Of a stretch of 64,000 nucleotides of DNA, positions 63,208 to 64,000 are shown piece after piece. Under the pieces are notes generated by a model. The model was not told where the DNA came from. It did no database searches and worked only from the letters and a program-made list of their open reading frames with translations. The first letter of the stretch is position 1. The number at the start of each line of letters is the position of its first letter. Source of the DNA: Torpedo marmorata (lineage: Eukaryota). The DNA is taken from contig OZ360223.1 in NCBI GenBank assembly GCA_977017645.1, positions 170,996,001 to 171,060,000 of the forward strand, read 5' to 3'. The translations under genes were made by a program, and so were the position numbers.

Positions 63208-63710
63208 GTAAGTCTGCTTTTAAACAACATGGTTTAGAAATTATTTCAAGGCTCCAAGGACACACTGTGTCCACAGGCATTGCATGTTAGAACAGACTTA
63301 CTCTTGTGTTTGCCAAAGGCATGATTCCCACTGTAGCAGAAAGTTGAGTGTGGGTGGATAAGTTTTGAGTATGGAGGCATTGGGATGGCATGCACACGTT
63401 AAGGATGGGAATGGTAAGAAGAGACTGGGGAAACAATTGTAGCTGATGATGTTGCATTTCGAAGGGCTGCTGAGAAGTTTGGAGTAGAGATCAGGGAGAA
63501 AAAAGATATTTGGGACTGAAGGGTGTTTGGGCTCATCAATCATAGCCTTTCTGGCCAGGAGTAATGGGACTAGGTATAGCACCCTAATAAGAATGCCTGA
63601 ACCACAGTTTGAATATGGGACATGATCTGCAACAATGCAGTAATATAAACCATTGACCTAATTGAAAATGTTTTGTTTTTCTGATATTACCGTGTACTTT
63701 CTTTCAATAG

Positions 63711-63871
63711 GGTGATCTGACCAATCTTGTTCATGGTAGCCATTGTTCAAAGTATCGATTGACTAGGATTCCTGGCACCAATGCATTTCTTGGCATTGTT
63801 AATGAAACATGTGATGCACTTGCTTTCTGTGCCTGCAGCATGGTTGACAGACTTTGCCTGAACTGTCACAG
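63711..63871 (+). CDS. CACHD1: CACHD1 exon Q
   Basis: tag|..AG|gtcag; [53 protein letters not shown]. Confidence 0.95.
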
Positions 63872-64000
63872 GTCAGTAATGTGTCACTTTGCGGTACAGA
63901 TTACCACGTTCACCTTCAGTTCCTTTTCACATGACAGGTTACAAGGAAACCTGTTGGGTTTGAGCTGCACCTTAAATTGTGAAATACAACCCTCTCTGCC

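Larger units (their letters stand above)
700..63871 (+). other. CACHD1: CACHD1 (VWFA and cache domain-containing protein 1) gene, internal portion: 17 coding exons
   Basis: Spliced exons join in phase into one frame matching vertebrate CACHD1 as recalled (FDGNFNTNVS...DHGAS variant MIDAS...[13 protein letters not shown]). Start and stop codons lie outside the window. Confidence 0.97.

Noticed and set aside
61688-63711. Identical 17-nt acceptors TACTTTCTTTCAATAGG at exons O and Q
   Set aside because: Low-complexity sequence constrained by the splice consensus; chance is plausible.

Overview
Vertebrate genomic DNA, most likely a cartilaginous fish (inferred from the V-SINE/CR1/Penelope/Rex-Babar/fish-type L1 repertoire). 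The window holds 17 consecutive internal coding exons of CACHD1 (+ strand, GT-AG introns, phases consistent, gene open at both window ends), with introns packed with transposons. The main signal is three full-length Gmr1-like Ty3/gypsy LTR elements (5071-10844 -, 28647-34522 +, 55924-61624 -). All three keep Gag, protease, integrase, RT thumb and RNase H in one ancestral reading frame but share the same in-frame loss of the RT polymerase core. All three are inserted in L1 ORF2. In the two young copies the antisense strand of the 5' LTR supplies an ATG-initiated leader fused in frame to the L1 reverse transcriptase. Other observations: a multi-level TE nest, an intra-gene copied segment flanked by 45-bp direct repeats, Penelope hammerhead motifs, a 5S-derived SINE and two TA-flanked MITEs. 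Family names come from motif recognition by eye; no database search was run.
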